Shown here: positions 36,701 to 46,739 of the stretch, in pieces
Layout: every line of letters starts with the position of its first letter
Numbering within the stretch: position 1 is the stretch's first letter
From: Pseudomonadota bacterium
GTDB taxonomy: Bacteria > Bdellovibrionota_B > Oligoflexia > Oligoflexales > RGVZ01
Direction: 5' to 3'
Length of the DNA stretch: 64,000 nt
NCBI GenBank assembly: GCA_041178085.1
Contig: JBEGVZ010000119.1
Location: 1 to 64,000 of the forward strand
Program-made: the position numbers and the translations under genes
The notes under the pieces: generated by a model
Database searches by the model: none
What the model saw: the letters and a program-made list of their open reading frames with translations, nothing else
Told to the model about the DNA's origin: nothing

Positions 36701-38412
36701 ACAAGATGCCCGATGAACCAGGTCGCGACAACGACCGCACCCGCTCGATGCTTGCCGTGGTAATCTGCGTTCTGGTCTACCTTGGCTATTCCCAGTATCT
36801 GAACCACAAATACCCCGACTACATGAAACGGCCAGCACCGACCGAGGCTGCCAATGTTTCCCAGGTCTCGCAGGTCGAATCACAAGCGCAAACAGAATCA
36901 GGCGTGCCGCAGTCGCAAGCTGCAAAACCGGCTGAAAGCGCCTCTGTTCCCGCGAAGCCGGACATTAAACTAGCGGCAAGCTCCGATCTGACGTTTGAGT
37001 CGGACGTTGCCACGGTCACGGTGGACCAGAATCAGTCGGCGATCCAGTCGGTACTCCTCAAGAAATACATGGATCGTATCGGCGCGGACGGTAAACCGAT
37101 CAACATCCTTGATTCTGCAATGGTTGTGCAAGGTATCGTGGGCGGTTCCAGTGGCCAGCCTGCCGTGACGGGAGTCTTTTCGGCAAAACGTGATGGCGAA
37201 GTCCTGACGCTGAGCCGTCAGGACGGACCGTGGCTCATCGAGCAAACGTTCGCGCCGGGCAAGAGTGAGTTTGACTTCGACGCAACCATCCGTTTCACCA
37301 ACACGTCCGGCCAGCCGCAGACGCTGCGCGGCAATGCTCTCGTCACCCAGACAATCAACACCAAGGTGGCCACAGCAAGCAGCCTCCTGCCAGGCAGTCC
37401 CACGGAGAAACCGCGGATCGTCGCCAACCTGAAGGATTCTGACCAGTTCGTTTACGCCGACAGTTTCTGCGAGGAACGCGGCGCGAAGGAGCTGAGCGTA
37501 AACAACAGCGACGTGCGCTTTTTCGGTTTCGACCGGCACTACTTCCTGGCTGCATTTATCCCGGCAAAGACCAAGACTTCGCTCTCTACCTGGATGATGG
37601 AACGAGCCCCCGGAACTCCGGCAGATCTTTGCTCCGTGGCGATGATGGTCACGGAAGACTTTGGCGTGGTCAACGCAGGTCAGTCTGCGGAGATCGTCCT
37701 GAACGGGTTCCTTGGACCGAAGGTTGCGGAACTCCTCAAACGCAAGAGCGTCTACCTTGCCGACACGCTTGACATGGGCTGGCTCGATGTCCTGGCTCAG
37801 CCGCTGCTGCTCGCCATCAAAGGATTCGAAGGCGTCCTCAAGAACTACGGCCTGGCAATCGTCTTGCTGACCATACTGCTGAAAATCCTTTTCTATCCGC
37901 TAACGAAAAAGGCTGCTGAATCCGCGCACCGGATGAAGAAATTCAACCCGGAGATGCAACGGATCCGCGAGCGTCACAAAGACGATCCGCGCACGCAGCA
38001 GCAGGAAGTGATGCGGTTCATGGCGGCGCACAAGTTGAACCCAATGCAAGGCTGCCTGCCAATCCTGCCGCAGATCCCCGTGTTCCTGGCCTTCTACCGC
38101 GTGCTGTCGTCGGCTATTGAACTGCGCCACGCTCCTTTTTTCGCCTGGATCCAGGACCTCTCGGTTGCGGATCCGTACTATGTCACTCCGCTTCTGTTGG
38201 GTGCGGGAATGTTCATCCAACAAAAGCTCACCCCCATGACCGGAATGGACAAGACCCAGGAAAAGGTCATGCTTGCCATGCCGATCATTTTCACTGTCAT
38301 GATGCTGACCCTCCCCGCAGGGATGGTCTTGTACATGTTGACCAACACGGTCATGTCCATCGCGCAACAACAATGGCTGAATCGCAAACTGACGGAAGCC
38401 GCGGCGGGCTGA
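36697..38412 (+). CDS. yidC: Membrane protein insertase YidC
   Basis: NYGLAIVLLT, NPMQGCLP, ELRHAPF, WIQDLS, LPAGMVLY. Confidence 0.96.
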   Translation: MNKMPDEPGRDNDRTRSMLAVVICVLVYLGYSQYLNHKYPDYMKRPAPTEAANVSQVSQVESQAQTESGVPQSQAAKPAESASVPAKPDIKLAASSDLTFESDVATVTVDQNQSAIQSVLLKKYMDRIGADGKPINILDSAMVVQGIVGGSSGQPAVTGVFSAKRDGEVLTLSRQDGPWLIEQTFAPGKSEFDFDATIRFTNTSGQPQTLRGNALVTQTINTKVATASSLLPGSPTEKPRIVANLKDSDQFVYADSFCEERGAKELSVNNSDVRFFGFDRHYFLAAFIPAKTKTSLSTWMMERAPGTPADLCSVAMMVTEDFGVVNAGQSAEIVLNGFLGPKVAELLKRKSVYLADTLDMGWLDVLAQPLLLAIKGFEGVLKNYGLAIVLLTILLKILFYPLTKKAAESAHRMKKFNPEMQRIRERHKDDPRTQQQEVMRFMAAHKLNPMQGCLPILPQIPVFLAFYRVLSSAIELRHAPFFAWIQDLSVADPYYVTPLLLGAGMFIQQKLTPMTGMDKTQEKVMLAMPIIFTVMMLTLPAGMVLYMLTNTVMSIAQQQWLNRKLTEAAAG

Positions 38413-38439
38413 CCAACAACAAAAGGTATCGGAGGATAA

Positions 38440-39444
38440 ATGAATCACGGAAATCACAACAACCATCACGGCAACCACAGCAACAAGCAGCGTGTCACCA
38501 CGCAGGGAAAAACCCTTGAACTCGCAGTGGTCAAGGCAGCTGTCGCACTTGGTTGCGACCAGGAACAAGTTGCATATGAAGTCGTCAAGGAATCCAAAGG
38601 CGGCATCATGAAGCTTTTTGGATTCGGTCAGGTTGAAATTTCTGCCTGGATCAAAGGCGGGGGTCATGGCGGCCAAGGTCGTCGTGGCGGACGAGGCCGC
38701 GGACGCGGTCGTGGCGGCGAAGAGCGCGTTGGTGCATCCGCGCGCGGCGATCAGCCACAACGGCAAGGAGGTCGTGATGGTCGCGATGGCCGTCATGGCG
38801 GCGGGCGCGGGGAACGCTCCGGACGTGGAGAGCGTGGAGAAAGGGGCGGACGCGGAGAACGCGGGCACCGCAACGAAGAGGCACGTGCTGAGCGTCATGC
38901 ACGCCAGGAAGCACGCACCCCTCGCGAGCCGGCTGTGCCTCTTGAACCTGCCCAACTCGAGCAAGTGGTGGAGGAACTTCGCAGTTTCTGCGCTGAAGTG
39001 TGCAGCCGCATTGTTGGCAAACCCGTCAACGTCCAGGCAACGCTGAATGATGACCGCTTACGCATGGATATCAAAGACGACGAAATCGGAACGATCCTGT
39101 CGCAAAACAGCAAACTGGCAGAATCGCTTGAGCATCTGTTGCGCAAAAAGCCGCGTCACCTGAAACAGGAACTGCCGTTTCGCGTTTTCATTGACGCCGG
39201 CGACAGCCGCCGTTCACGCGAAGAAGAATTGACCAACCTGGCCCGCGAAATGAGCGAGAAAGTGGTCGAAACGCAGCGCCCTGTGGTCCTTAATTACCAG
39301 AGCTCTTACGACCGCAAGATCATCCATACGACGTTGGAAGGTGACGAGCGCGTCTTTACCAAGTCGATCGGCTCGGGATCCAACCGGAAGCTGATGATCC
39401 TGCCGGCTCGCGACAAGAACCAGTCTGACGCCGAGCAGATGTAA
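38440..39444 (+). CDS. jag: Jag/KhpB (EloR) RNA-binding protein with RGG-rich insert
   Basis: Jag N-domain (GKTLELAV...KGGIMKLFG), KH-like region, R3H motif RKIIH; lies between yidC and mnmE. Confidence 0.88.
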   Translation: MNHGNHNNHHGNHSNKQRVTTQGKTLELAVVKAAVALGCDQEQVAYEVVKESKGGIMKLFGFGQVEISAWIKGGGHGGQGRRGGRGRGRGRGGEERVGASARGDQPQRQGGRDGRDGRHGGGRGERSGRGERGERGGRGERGHRNEEARAERHARQEARTPREPAVPLEPAQLEQVVEELRSFCAEVCSRIVGKPVNVQATLNDDRLRMDIKDDEIGTILSQNSKLAESLEHLLRKKPRHLKQELPFRVFIDAGDSRRSREEELTNLAREMSEKVVETQRPVVLNYQSSYDRKIIHTTLEGDERVFTKSIGSGSNRKLMILPARDKNQSDAEQM

Positions 39445-39453
39445 CCATTCCCG

Positions 39454-39472
39454 AAGGGGGCTCCGCCCCCTT
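39454..39472 (+). terminator. Possible terminator or attenuating hairpin between jag and mnmE
   Basis: AAGGGGG-ctccg-CCCCCTT followed by GTTT. Confidence 0.4.
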
Positions 39473-39486
39473 GTTTGGGCCTTTTG

Positions 39487-40854
39487 ATGAAACGGTCCGA
39501 TCCCATCGCAAAAGATTCGATCGTCGCCCTTGCGACCCCACCTGGGGTCGCTGGGGTGGCGATCATTCGCATGTCGGGACGGGACGCCCTCGTTCGCGGG
39601 GCCGCCGTGTTGGGACGGAAAACTCCAATCCCGGACCGGCGTGCATTTGTTTGCTCCATCCACGAACCCGGATCCCACGAAGTGATAGACCAGGCACTTG
39701 TCCTGGCCTTTCGTGCCCCGCGTTCCTTCACCGGTGAAAATTGCCTGGAGATCCACTGCCACGGCGGGCCGTACATCGTTCAGCGCGTGCTGCGCGCTTG
39801 CATGGCCGCTGGCTTTCGTTGTGCCGAGCCGGGTGAATTCACCCGCCGCGCTGTTCTCAACGGAAAAATGGACCTCACAGAAGCAGAGGGACTGCGTGAG
39901 CTCATTGAAGCGCAAACAGAACAGGAATGGCGCGCCGGGCGACAACTATCAGACGGGCGTCTCAAAAACCTGGTGCTGGATTTGCGGCGGCGTCTCCTTG
40001 AGGCGCTTGCTTATCTTGAAGCACGCATTGATTTTCCGGACGAGGGCGATACGGCAGGGGTGTCGCTTGAACACGTCAGGGTGCGTGTTGAGTCCGTGAT
40101 GACAGCCCTGCAAAAGCTGGCGGCGACTTATAACAGCGGACGTGTCAGTGCCGAGGGACTTCGCATTTGCCTTCTTGGCCCGCCCAACGCCGGGAAATCA
40201 TCTCTTCTCAATGCACTGCTTGGACACGAACGTGCAATCGTCTCGGATATTCCCGGGACGACGCGCGACTACATCGAGGAAAAATGCCTGGTTGAAGGGC
40301 GTCTTGTCCGCCTGGTCGACATGGCGGGCGTCAGGGATACCACGGACGCCATCGAACAACTTGGTGTCACTAAGGCCCTCGAGCTGGCCAGTCGCGCTGA
40401 CTTGATCTTGCTGGCAAATGAAGCCGGAAAACCTGTTCCGCCACACGCCGGGATCACACCGGAGATCCGTGCGCGTAGCCTTCAGATCTGGACAAAAGCC
40501 GACCTGGCGCCATCTTTCAAGCCTAAGGCGGGCGAGTGCGCTGTCTCCAGCGTGACGGGTGAGGGGATTGAAGCGCTTCGAAAGCGCCTTGCCAGTGAAG
40601 TGGACAAGCACACGGTACGACTGGATCAGGAACCTGCATGGCTCACCAACGCAAGGCATGCGGATTGTGTGGATACTGCACTCGGCCGCCTTGGCAAAAT
40701 CATGTCACAGATTGCCGGCACCAAAGGGGATCAAGACGAACTACTTGCGTTTGAGCTTCGTGAAGCTGCGACAGCGCTGGGGCTTCTCGTCGGCGAAATT
40801 TATGCCGACGACGTGCTGGATGTGGTGTTCAGCTCATTTTGCATAGGGAAATGA
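39487..40854 (+). CDS. mnmE: tRNA modification GTPase MnmE
   Basis: SFTGEN..EIHCHGG, GEFTRRA, GPPNAGKSS, GTTRD, C-terminal FCIGK. Confidence 0.97.
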   Translation: MKRSDPIAKDSIVALATPPGVAGVAIIRMSGRDALVRGAAVLGRKTPIPDRRAFVCSIHEPGSHEVIDQALVLAFRAPRSFTGENCLEIHCHGGPYIVQRVLRACMAAGFRCAEPGEFTRRAVLNGKMDLTEAEGLRELIEAQTEQEWRAGRQLSDGRLKNLVLDLRRRLLEALAYLEARIDFPDEGDTAGVSLEHVRVRVESVMTALQKLAATYNSGRVSAEGLRICLLGPPNAGKSSLLNALLGHERAIVSDIPGTTRDYIEEKCLVEGRLVRLVDMAGVRDTTDAIEQLGVTKALELASRADLILLANEAGKPVPPHAGITPEIRARSLQIWTKADLAPSFKPKAGECAVSSVTGEGIEALRKRLASEVDKHTVRLDQEPAWLTNARHADCVDTALGRLGKIMSQIAGTKGDQDELLAFELREAATALGLLVGEIYADDVLDVVFSSFCIGK

Positions 40855-41747
40855 TGATTCTGGCATCCACCGAGGCAATGGATCAACCAATGATCGTTCA
40901 AAGCGTGCTGTAAATATGCCGCTGCCAGCGGCGGAAATACTGCAAATCCTGCGGCCAGCCACGGCTTCGTTGACGTGTAACCGTCTTGTTCTTCCATCGA
41001 GCGAATGAGCCGCGCCAGTTCCCACGTGACAACAAAGTGGCCACCCGGAATCCAGGCCAACCAAGGTCGCTCCACGTGACGATGAACCAAGGTATCGTGA
41101 TCGATGTGCCAGACGACCTCGCGCAGGCAAGTCAGCAGCCAGGCCGTGTAATAAACCCCGAAGGTCATCACCACCGTGGCTGCAGCCAGGACGGGGTTGC
41201 GCAAGTCGCCTAGCCGGGCGTTTGCCCGCTGGGATAACCAGACGTGACGGGGATTCATCGGAGCAGTCTGAGCCGCCTGCTCAACACGCGGTGATATGGC
41301 ATCGGCTGCGTCCCTTGCGACAGGGATGATGGCAGGCACCTCAACAAGGGCCGTGACCGGGTCCGTCGTCACCGCAACGGGCGCTGCCAAAGCAGAAAGG
41401 CTGACTCCGGTCGCCGCCAAAGCGCTCATGAGGTCGAATTCAGGATCGGATGAGGGAGCGGCCACGGGCTCAGGATTGGCGACTTCTACCGGCAATGCCC
41501 GCAAGAATCGGGAAGCTTTCCATAGTCCGGCAAAGTCTTCCTCGTCGTACCACTGCGCAAAACCACGCCGGGCAACACTTCGAGCCGATGGCGCCGGATG
41601 AGCGAAGACGTCTTCCGCGGCAAGCGGTCCCTGGACCTGCCCATCTCCATTGCAAACATACCAGTCGTGGCACCAATCCTCGGGCCATGCCGTAACGAGC
41701 GCGGCGGCCGTGGAAGATCCAGAGTTTTCTGCTGCCATCGAGGTCAT
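40800..41747 (-). CDS. Membrane protein with GYF_2-like N-terminus and DUF4234-like C-terminus
   Basis: WYVCNGDGQVQGPL...FAQW; RNPV...TFGVYYTAW TM region; ATG 41747; 3' end overlaps mnmE by 55 bp. Domain names come from pattern recall. Confidence 0.6.
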   Translation of the reverse strand: MTSMAAENSGSSTAAALVTAWPEDWCHDWYVCNGDGQVQGPLAAEDVFAHPAPSARSVARRGFAQWYDEEDFAGLWKASRFLRALPVEVANPEPVAAPSSDPEFDLMSALAATGVSLSALAAPVAVTTDPVTALVEVPAIIPVARDAADAISPRVEQAAQTAPMNPRHVWLSQRANARLGDLRNPVLAAATVVMTFGVYYTAWLLTCLREVVWHIDHDTLVHRHVERPWLAWIPGGHFVVTWELARLIRSMEEQDGYTSTKPWLAAGFAVFPPLAAAYLQHALNDHWLIHCLGGCQNHHFPMQNELNTTSSTSSA

Positions 41748-41970
41748 GATTCTGCCACCAACAAAGGGGGGTCGCGACCAGGTGTGAATCTTTGAGTGAT
41801 CGCGTACTATGATTGTAGCAGGAACACGGTCACGTCTGGATGCTTTTGACACCGGGAAAACAAGCGTGAAATTTGCACAGGCCGTGTTGCGGGATCGAAC
41901 AAATGATGATTCACGGGAAATTGTAGAAAAGACCAAAAACGTTTTTCAGGCCCGACGGCCCGGATGGTGA

Positions 41971-43590
41971 TTGATGGACGCAGCAGCCTCGCAAAATTTC
42001 AAACAACTTTTGGAAATGCGTCAATTTCCTGTCACTTGGCCTGGGCACTACCTGGCCAGCGGCTGGCATCACTCCGGCAAGATGGAGGACACCGGCCAAA
42101 GGCGCCACTCGGTCAATCCAAACACCGGCGAAGAGCTGGTCGCCACGACCACCGAGCGCGAGGCGAAATCGACTCTCGACAAGGCAATCGAACAAGCAGA
42201 ACACGCCCGCCTGGTTCTGAGGACGTTGCCCGTCGAAGCGCGCATGGACGAACTCAGGATGGTTCGCCGCGCACTCGGCGATTTCGCCAGGGAGCTCATG
42301 CTTGCACTACGGTTGGAATCTGGAATGACGCCGGCAGAAGCCGATATGGATCTGGCGGCCGCATCGCGCCATCTGGACTACGTCCTGGAAAATTTTTCGG
42401 CCATTGAAGAAGCCCTGCTGGCACCCGCTCGCCTTGGCTTTGCCAGTCCTGGCAGGAAACAGGATTTCGTGCTGCTTCCAGTCGGAACGACCCTTGGCTA
42501 TATGCCTTTTTCCAATCCACTTTCGACTTTTGCGACGCACGTCAGTGCGTCCCTCCTGGCTGGTTGCCCGTTGATCACAATGCCAAGCCCGCACTGCTCC
42601 CTGGTCGGGATTCTGCTCGGACATATGGTGTCGGAGCTGTCTTTGACCCGCGGCGCACTGCAGATTGTCTTTGGCAACTTTGAAGTGCTGCGCCACGGCC
42701 TCAACAACCGGCAAGTGGCCGCCGTGCTGTTCAACGGATCCCGCGAGCATTGTCAAAGGCTGCGCGCGGAAAGCCGGGCCGTCATCGAACGCCAGCTTGT
42801 CCTGCAATCGGGCGGGAAAAACGCAGTGATCGTGCACGAGACCGCAGACTTGATGGAGGCCGTCCGCATCACCATGGCCGGAGCAATGCGCGGCGCGGGA
42901 CAACTGTGTACCTCAACCAGCCGCGTCTTTGTGCACCGCTCAGTGAGCGAAGCTTTCTGTGGAGCCCTGGAAACTGCCGCAGCTCACCTTGTGATTGGAA
43001 GGACTGACTTGCCGGGACAGGACGACGCCGGCGGGCGGGACCTGCTGGCCGGACGCGGCATGCCACACATGGGCCCCCTGTATGCCGGCAAGGCTGTCGA
43101 CAAGTTCCTTCGCTTTCAGACCATGGCAAGGCGGGAAGAAAAACGCTCGCTGGTCGTCGGAAAGAAACTGCCGGAATTGCGCAGCGGGCACTTCGTGACC
43201 CCAGGGATCCACCTGCTCAAGCAATTCGATCCATCGAGCGCCTACCAGGCAAATGTCATCTTTGGACCCGACATTGCGATCTATGAATACACGGACCTCG
43301 ACCAGACGATCGAAGCGGTCAATTCCACGGACGCTGCGTTTGCTGTGGCGTTTGCCGGCGATCCGGAAGTGATCCGCAACTGGCGTCACCACGTCCTGGC
43401 ACCAAATGTGATCATGAACGGACCAACCACAGAGCACGAAGTACAGCTACCGCTTGCCGGGCGCCTGCAAAGCGGGCATCACCGGTTTCATGGAGCTGCC
43501 CTTGCGCTTTACTTGAGCTATCCCCAGGTGATCCACAGCCACGGCACGGGGATCGACGAATATCTAGCTTCGTGGCGGAAAACCATCTGA
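41971..43590 (+). CDS. Aldehyde dehydrogenase-fold protein with atypical active site
   Basis: VNPNTGE, FNGS, LQSGGKNA, GQLCTSTSRVFV, IFGP. Confidence 0.85.
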   Translation: MMDAAASQNFKQLLEMRQFPVTWPGHYLASGWHHSGKMEDTGQRRHSVNPNTGEELVATTTEREAKSTLDKAIEQAEHARLVLRTLPVEARMDELRMVRRALGDFARELMLALRLESGMTPAEADMDLAAASRHLDYVLENFSAIEEALLAPARLGFASPGRKQDFVLLPVGTTLGYMPFSNPLSTFATHVSASLLAGCPLITMPSPHCSLVGILLGHMVSELSLTRGALQIVFGNFEVLRHGLNNRQVAAVLFNGSREHCQRLRAESRAVIERQLVLQSGGKNAVIVHETADLMEAVRITMAGAMRGAGQLCTSTSRVFVHRSVSEAFCGALETAAAHLVIGRTDLPGQDDAGGRDLLAGRGMPHMGPLYAGKAVDKFLRFQTMARREEKRSLVVGKKLPELRSGHFVTPGIHLLKQFDPSSAYQANVIFGPDIAIYEYTDLDQTIEAVNSTDAAFAVAFAGDPEVIRNWRHHVLAPNVIMNGPTTEHEVQLPLAGRLQSGHHRFHGAALALYLSYPQVIHSHGTGIDEYLASWRKTI

Positions 43591-43662
43591 TCCCTTGGCC
43601 GCAGCCGTTTGTCCCTGTAAAAAGACACATCGGGCATTTTCTCAACCACGGGGAGCCACGAA

Positions 43663-45474
43663 GTGTCACAAGATGTTGCCAGATCCGCCATGGAAAGGGC
43701 CCGCTACTGGGCGACCGCCAAGGCTTTCGACGATGCCACCCGCGCAGAAGTCCAACAACTTCTCGACCGCGGCGACGAACAGGAAATCATCAACCGATTC
43801 TACCGCGACCTTGAATTCGGCACCGGCGGGATGCGAGGCATTCTGGGACCTGGCAGTTGCCGGATGAACCTCTACAATGTCCGCAAGGCCACCACAGCCA
43901 TTGCCAACTACCTGATCGACTTTCACGGCCGCGGCAAGAAATTGTCGGTAGCAATTGCTTATGACTCCCGAAATCGCTCGCAGGAGTTTGCGCGTGCCGC
44001 CGCCGAAGTGCTTGCCGCGAAAGGCATCACCGCCTTGATCACCAAGGAGCTGCGGCCTACCCCCATGCTCTCCTTCATGACGCGACACTTTCAATGCGCA
44101 GCCGGCATCTGCATCACGGCCAGCCACAATCCGCCCGAATACAACGGTTACAAGGTGTATTGGCAAACGGGTGGCCAGCTGGTGCCACCGCACGATCAGG
44201 AAATCGTCCGGCGCTACAGTGAAATCCAGGGTTACGAATCGCTGGAACACATGCCCTACGAAGACGCAAAAAAAGCCGGCTTGATCCGGGAAATTGGCGG
44301 CGAGCTGGACGAGGTTTACTTTTCCAAGATCCAAAGCTTGATGCTACACGGCAAGGATCTGCCAGGGACTGTGAAGTCCGCCTTTAAGATTGTTTACACG
44401 CCACTCCACGGGACTGGATTTTTTCCGGTGACGGAATGCCTGAAGCGCTTTGGTTTCACGAACGTCCTGATTCCGCCGGAGCAAAAAGCCCCGGATGGAC
44501 GCTTTCCAACGGTGAAATATCCAAACCCGGAAGAGCCGGAAGCCCTCGCCATGGCGATCAAGCTGGCACGCGACACGGACGCTGACTTGGTTCTTGGGAC
44601 GGATCCTGACACGGACCGCATCGGCATCGTCGTCCGTGAGGGGACTGAATATGTCATCTTCAACGGGAACCAAATTGGCTGCCTGTTGACCGAGTTTGTT
44701 CTGGAAGGGTTGACCGCTGCTGGCCGGATGCCAAAGGATCCGCTGGTCATCAAAACCATCGTGACGACCGACATGCAGGCCGACATCGCACACCACTATG
44801 GAGCGGCCTGTGAGGAAACCCTGACTGGCTTCAAGTGGATCTGTGACCGGATTGAGGCCTATGCCACCGGCGCCCTCACCCCCAAAAAGACTTACGTTTG
44901 CGGCGGCGAAGAAAGCTACGGATTCCTGATGGACCACTTCGTTCGCGACAAGGACGCCGTGGCTGCCTGCTGCATCGCAGCCGAGATGGTCGCCTGGTAC
45001 AAGCACCAGGGCCTGACCATGTCCCAGGTTCTTGACCGCCTGTTCCTGCGCCACGGGCTTTATCAGGAAGGACTGCATACCATCACGCTGCCCGGGCAAT
45101 CAGGCGAAGCGCGTATCAAACAAATGATGAACGGACTGCGCAAAGCACCCCCATCAACTTTGGCTGGCAAGAAAGTAAAGATCATCCGGGATTATGAGTT
45201 CGGGCGGGTACTTGCCTGCACCCCCAAGGGGCCGGAATTGGTGGGGAATATCACGCTTCCCAAGTCGGACGTGCTACAATTTGAGCTGGACGACGGGTCC
45301 AAGGTCAGTGTCCGCCCTTCCGGCACTGAACCCAAGATCAAGTTTTATGTCAGCGTCCGGGACGGCAGAGCCAAAGGGGCGAGCCTGGCGGAACTTCCGG
45401 CCTTGAAAAAAGAGGCGCTTGGAAGGGTCGAAGAGATCAAGCAGACGTTTGTGGATCTCGCCAGCAAGCAGTAA
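43663..45474 (+). CDS. Phosphoglucomutase/phosphomannomutase
   Basis: LEFGTGGMRG, TASHNP, DPDTDR, GEESYG, RPSGTEPKIKFY. Confidence 0.95.
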   Translation: MSQDVARSAMERARYWATAKAFDDATRAEVQQLLDRGDEQEIINRFYRDLEFGTGGMRGILGPGSCRMNLYNVRKATTAIANYLIDFHGRGKKLSVAIAYDSRNRSQEFARAAAEVLAAKGITALITKELRPTPMLSFMTRHFQCAAGICITASHNPPEYNGYKVYWQTGGQLVPPHDQEIVRRYSEIQGYESLEHMPYEDAKKAGLIREIGGELDEVYFSKIQSLMLHGKDLPGTVKSAFKIVYTPLHGTGFFPVTECLKRFGFTNVLIPPEQKAPDGRFPTVKYPNPEEPEALAMAIKLARDTDADLVLGTDPDTDRIGIVVREGTEYVIFNGNQIGCLLTEFVLEGLTAAGRMPKDPLVIKTIVTTDMQADIAHHYGAACEETLTGFKWICDRIEAYATGALTPKKTYVCGGEESYGFLMDHFVRDKDAVAACCIAAEMVAWYKHQGLTMSQVLDRLFLRHGLYQEGLHTITLPGQSGEARIKQMMNGLRKAPPSTLAGKKVKIIRDYEFGRVLACTPKGPELVGNITLPKSDVLQFELDDGSKVSVRPSGTEPKIKFYVSVRDGRAKGASLAELPALKKEALGRVEEIKQTFVDLASKQ

Positions 45475-45517
45475 GCAAGTCCAGTTCCGGGATGACCGGC
45501 AATGTGGAGTCGTTGTG

Positions 45518-46384
45518 ATGAAAAATTTCTGCTCCCGAGTTGTCCTTGCGGCAGGCGTTGGCCTGATCACATGGTCAGCTGGCATGACGACTGCGGTCTT
45601 TGCTCAGACCAGCGGCCAATACCAGCGTGCGAGCGACGGCGCTGAAGTCGTCATGCGCAAAATGTATCCCAAGAAAGGCCGGTTCGAGCTGGAAGCGACT
45701 GGCGGCATGATCCTGAACCAGTCCTATCTGAACACATTCCTTTTTGGCGGAGGCGCCAACTACTTCTGGTCCGAGACGTGGGGGCTTGGTGCAGAGGTCA
45801 TGATCGCATCCAATTCGGACAAGGACGAGCGTACTTGCCTGGAAAATTTCTATAACGACCCTGAGGACGTCGTCGGCCCTGAATGTGGGTCTGCCGACAA
45901 CCTGAGTGGCCGCGCCAACTATGGGCCGGCCTACGTGCCGATCCGACAAACCAACATGATCCTCGGTGCACACGGAATCTGGAATCCAGTTTATGGCAAA
46001 CAGATTATCCTCTTGCGCGCGGTTACCCACTTTGACCTGTACATGCTGGTTGGTGGTGGCCTTGCGTTCTCGACCTTCTGGCCGCAGCAGTTGAACTTGA
46101 AAGGCACCACGCGGAGCGCCCGCGGCACTTTCAATGCGGATCAGAATGCCACCTCCGGCAATCCAGGTGCCACGCCCGGCGAGAGCGATCTTTACGGAAC
46201 CAATGGCCGTCCTGACCCTGAGTCGACGACCAACATCCAGGGCACCGCTGCCGTTGGACAAAAAATCCACTTCACAAAAAACTTTCACGCCCGGATCGAG
46301 CTCAGAAATTATCTTTTGCTGGGAACAAAGTCGGGTTTTGACAACTTCTTCGCGCTTACCGGCGGTGTTGGTTTCCGCTTCTGA
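45518..46384 (+). CDS. Outer membrane beta-barrel domain protein (myxobacteria/Bdellovibrio type)
   Basis: Signal peptide (VFA-Q), VVMRKMYPKKGRFEL, WNPVYGK, terminal GGVGFRF. Confidence 0.8.
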   Translation: MKNFCSRVVLAAGVGLITWSAGMTTAVFAQTSGQYQRASDGAEVVMRKMYPKKGRFELEATGGMILNQSYLNTFLFGGGANYFWSETWGLGAEVMIASNSDKDERTCLENFYNDPEDVVGPECGSADNLSGRANYGPAYVPIRQTNMILGAHGIWNPVYGKQIILLRAVTHFDLYMLVGGGLAFSTFWPQQLNLKGTTRSARGTFNADQNATSGNPGATPGESDLYGTNGRPDPESTTNIQGTAAVGQKIHFTKNFHARIELRNYLLLGTKSGFDNFFALTGGVGFRF

Positions 46385-46389
46385 CTCCG

Positions 46390-46725
46390 TCAGGCGCCTG
46401 TGCGTTGCTTGATGATGGCGAAAACCTTTTCCAGGTCTTTTGGTGTGATGCCGATTTTGAGCAGGCCGCCGACGTCTATGACGATGGCTTCCTGTTTGAA
46501 GGGTCGCATCAAGTCGCGATGAAACCAGATCCTCTGCAAGTCCATGCCCCAAATCCGCCACTTGCCGGAAAGCAGGCCCAGATTTTTGCGTCGTGCAGAG
46601 CGGATTTCCGTCCAGGCGATCTTGCGCGCCCGGCGGGACGGAAAATAAAAATTGCGGACCAGAATTCCATCTGATCCGCAAGCAACGAGCGAGTCGTCAT
46701 AGATCCATTTTGAACTGCTTTTCAC
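46390..46725 (-). CDS. Small hypothetical protein (possible PH-like fold)
   Basis: ILVRNFYFP...KIAWTEIRS...WRIWG...IGITP; fills the gap downstream of ssb. Confidence 0.7.
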   Translation of the reverse strand: MKSSSKWIYDDSLVACGSDGILVRNFYFPSRRARKIAWTEIRSARRKNLGLLSGKWRIWGMDLQRIWFHRDLMRPFKQEAIVIDVGGLLKIGITPKDLEKVFAIIKQRTGA

Positions 46726-46739
46726 GCCCTGAATCCCGT

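Noticed and set aside
37900..46681. Long antisense ORFs (37900-38964, 43666-45099, 45575-46681)
   Set aside because: They fully overlap well-supported genes on the opposite strand and have no recognisable features.
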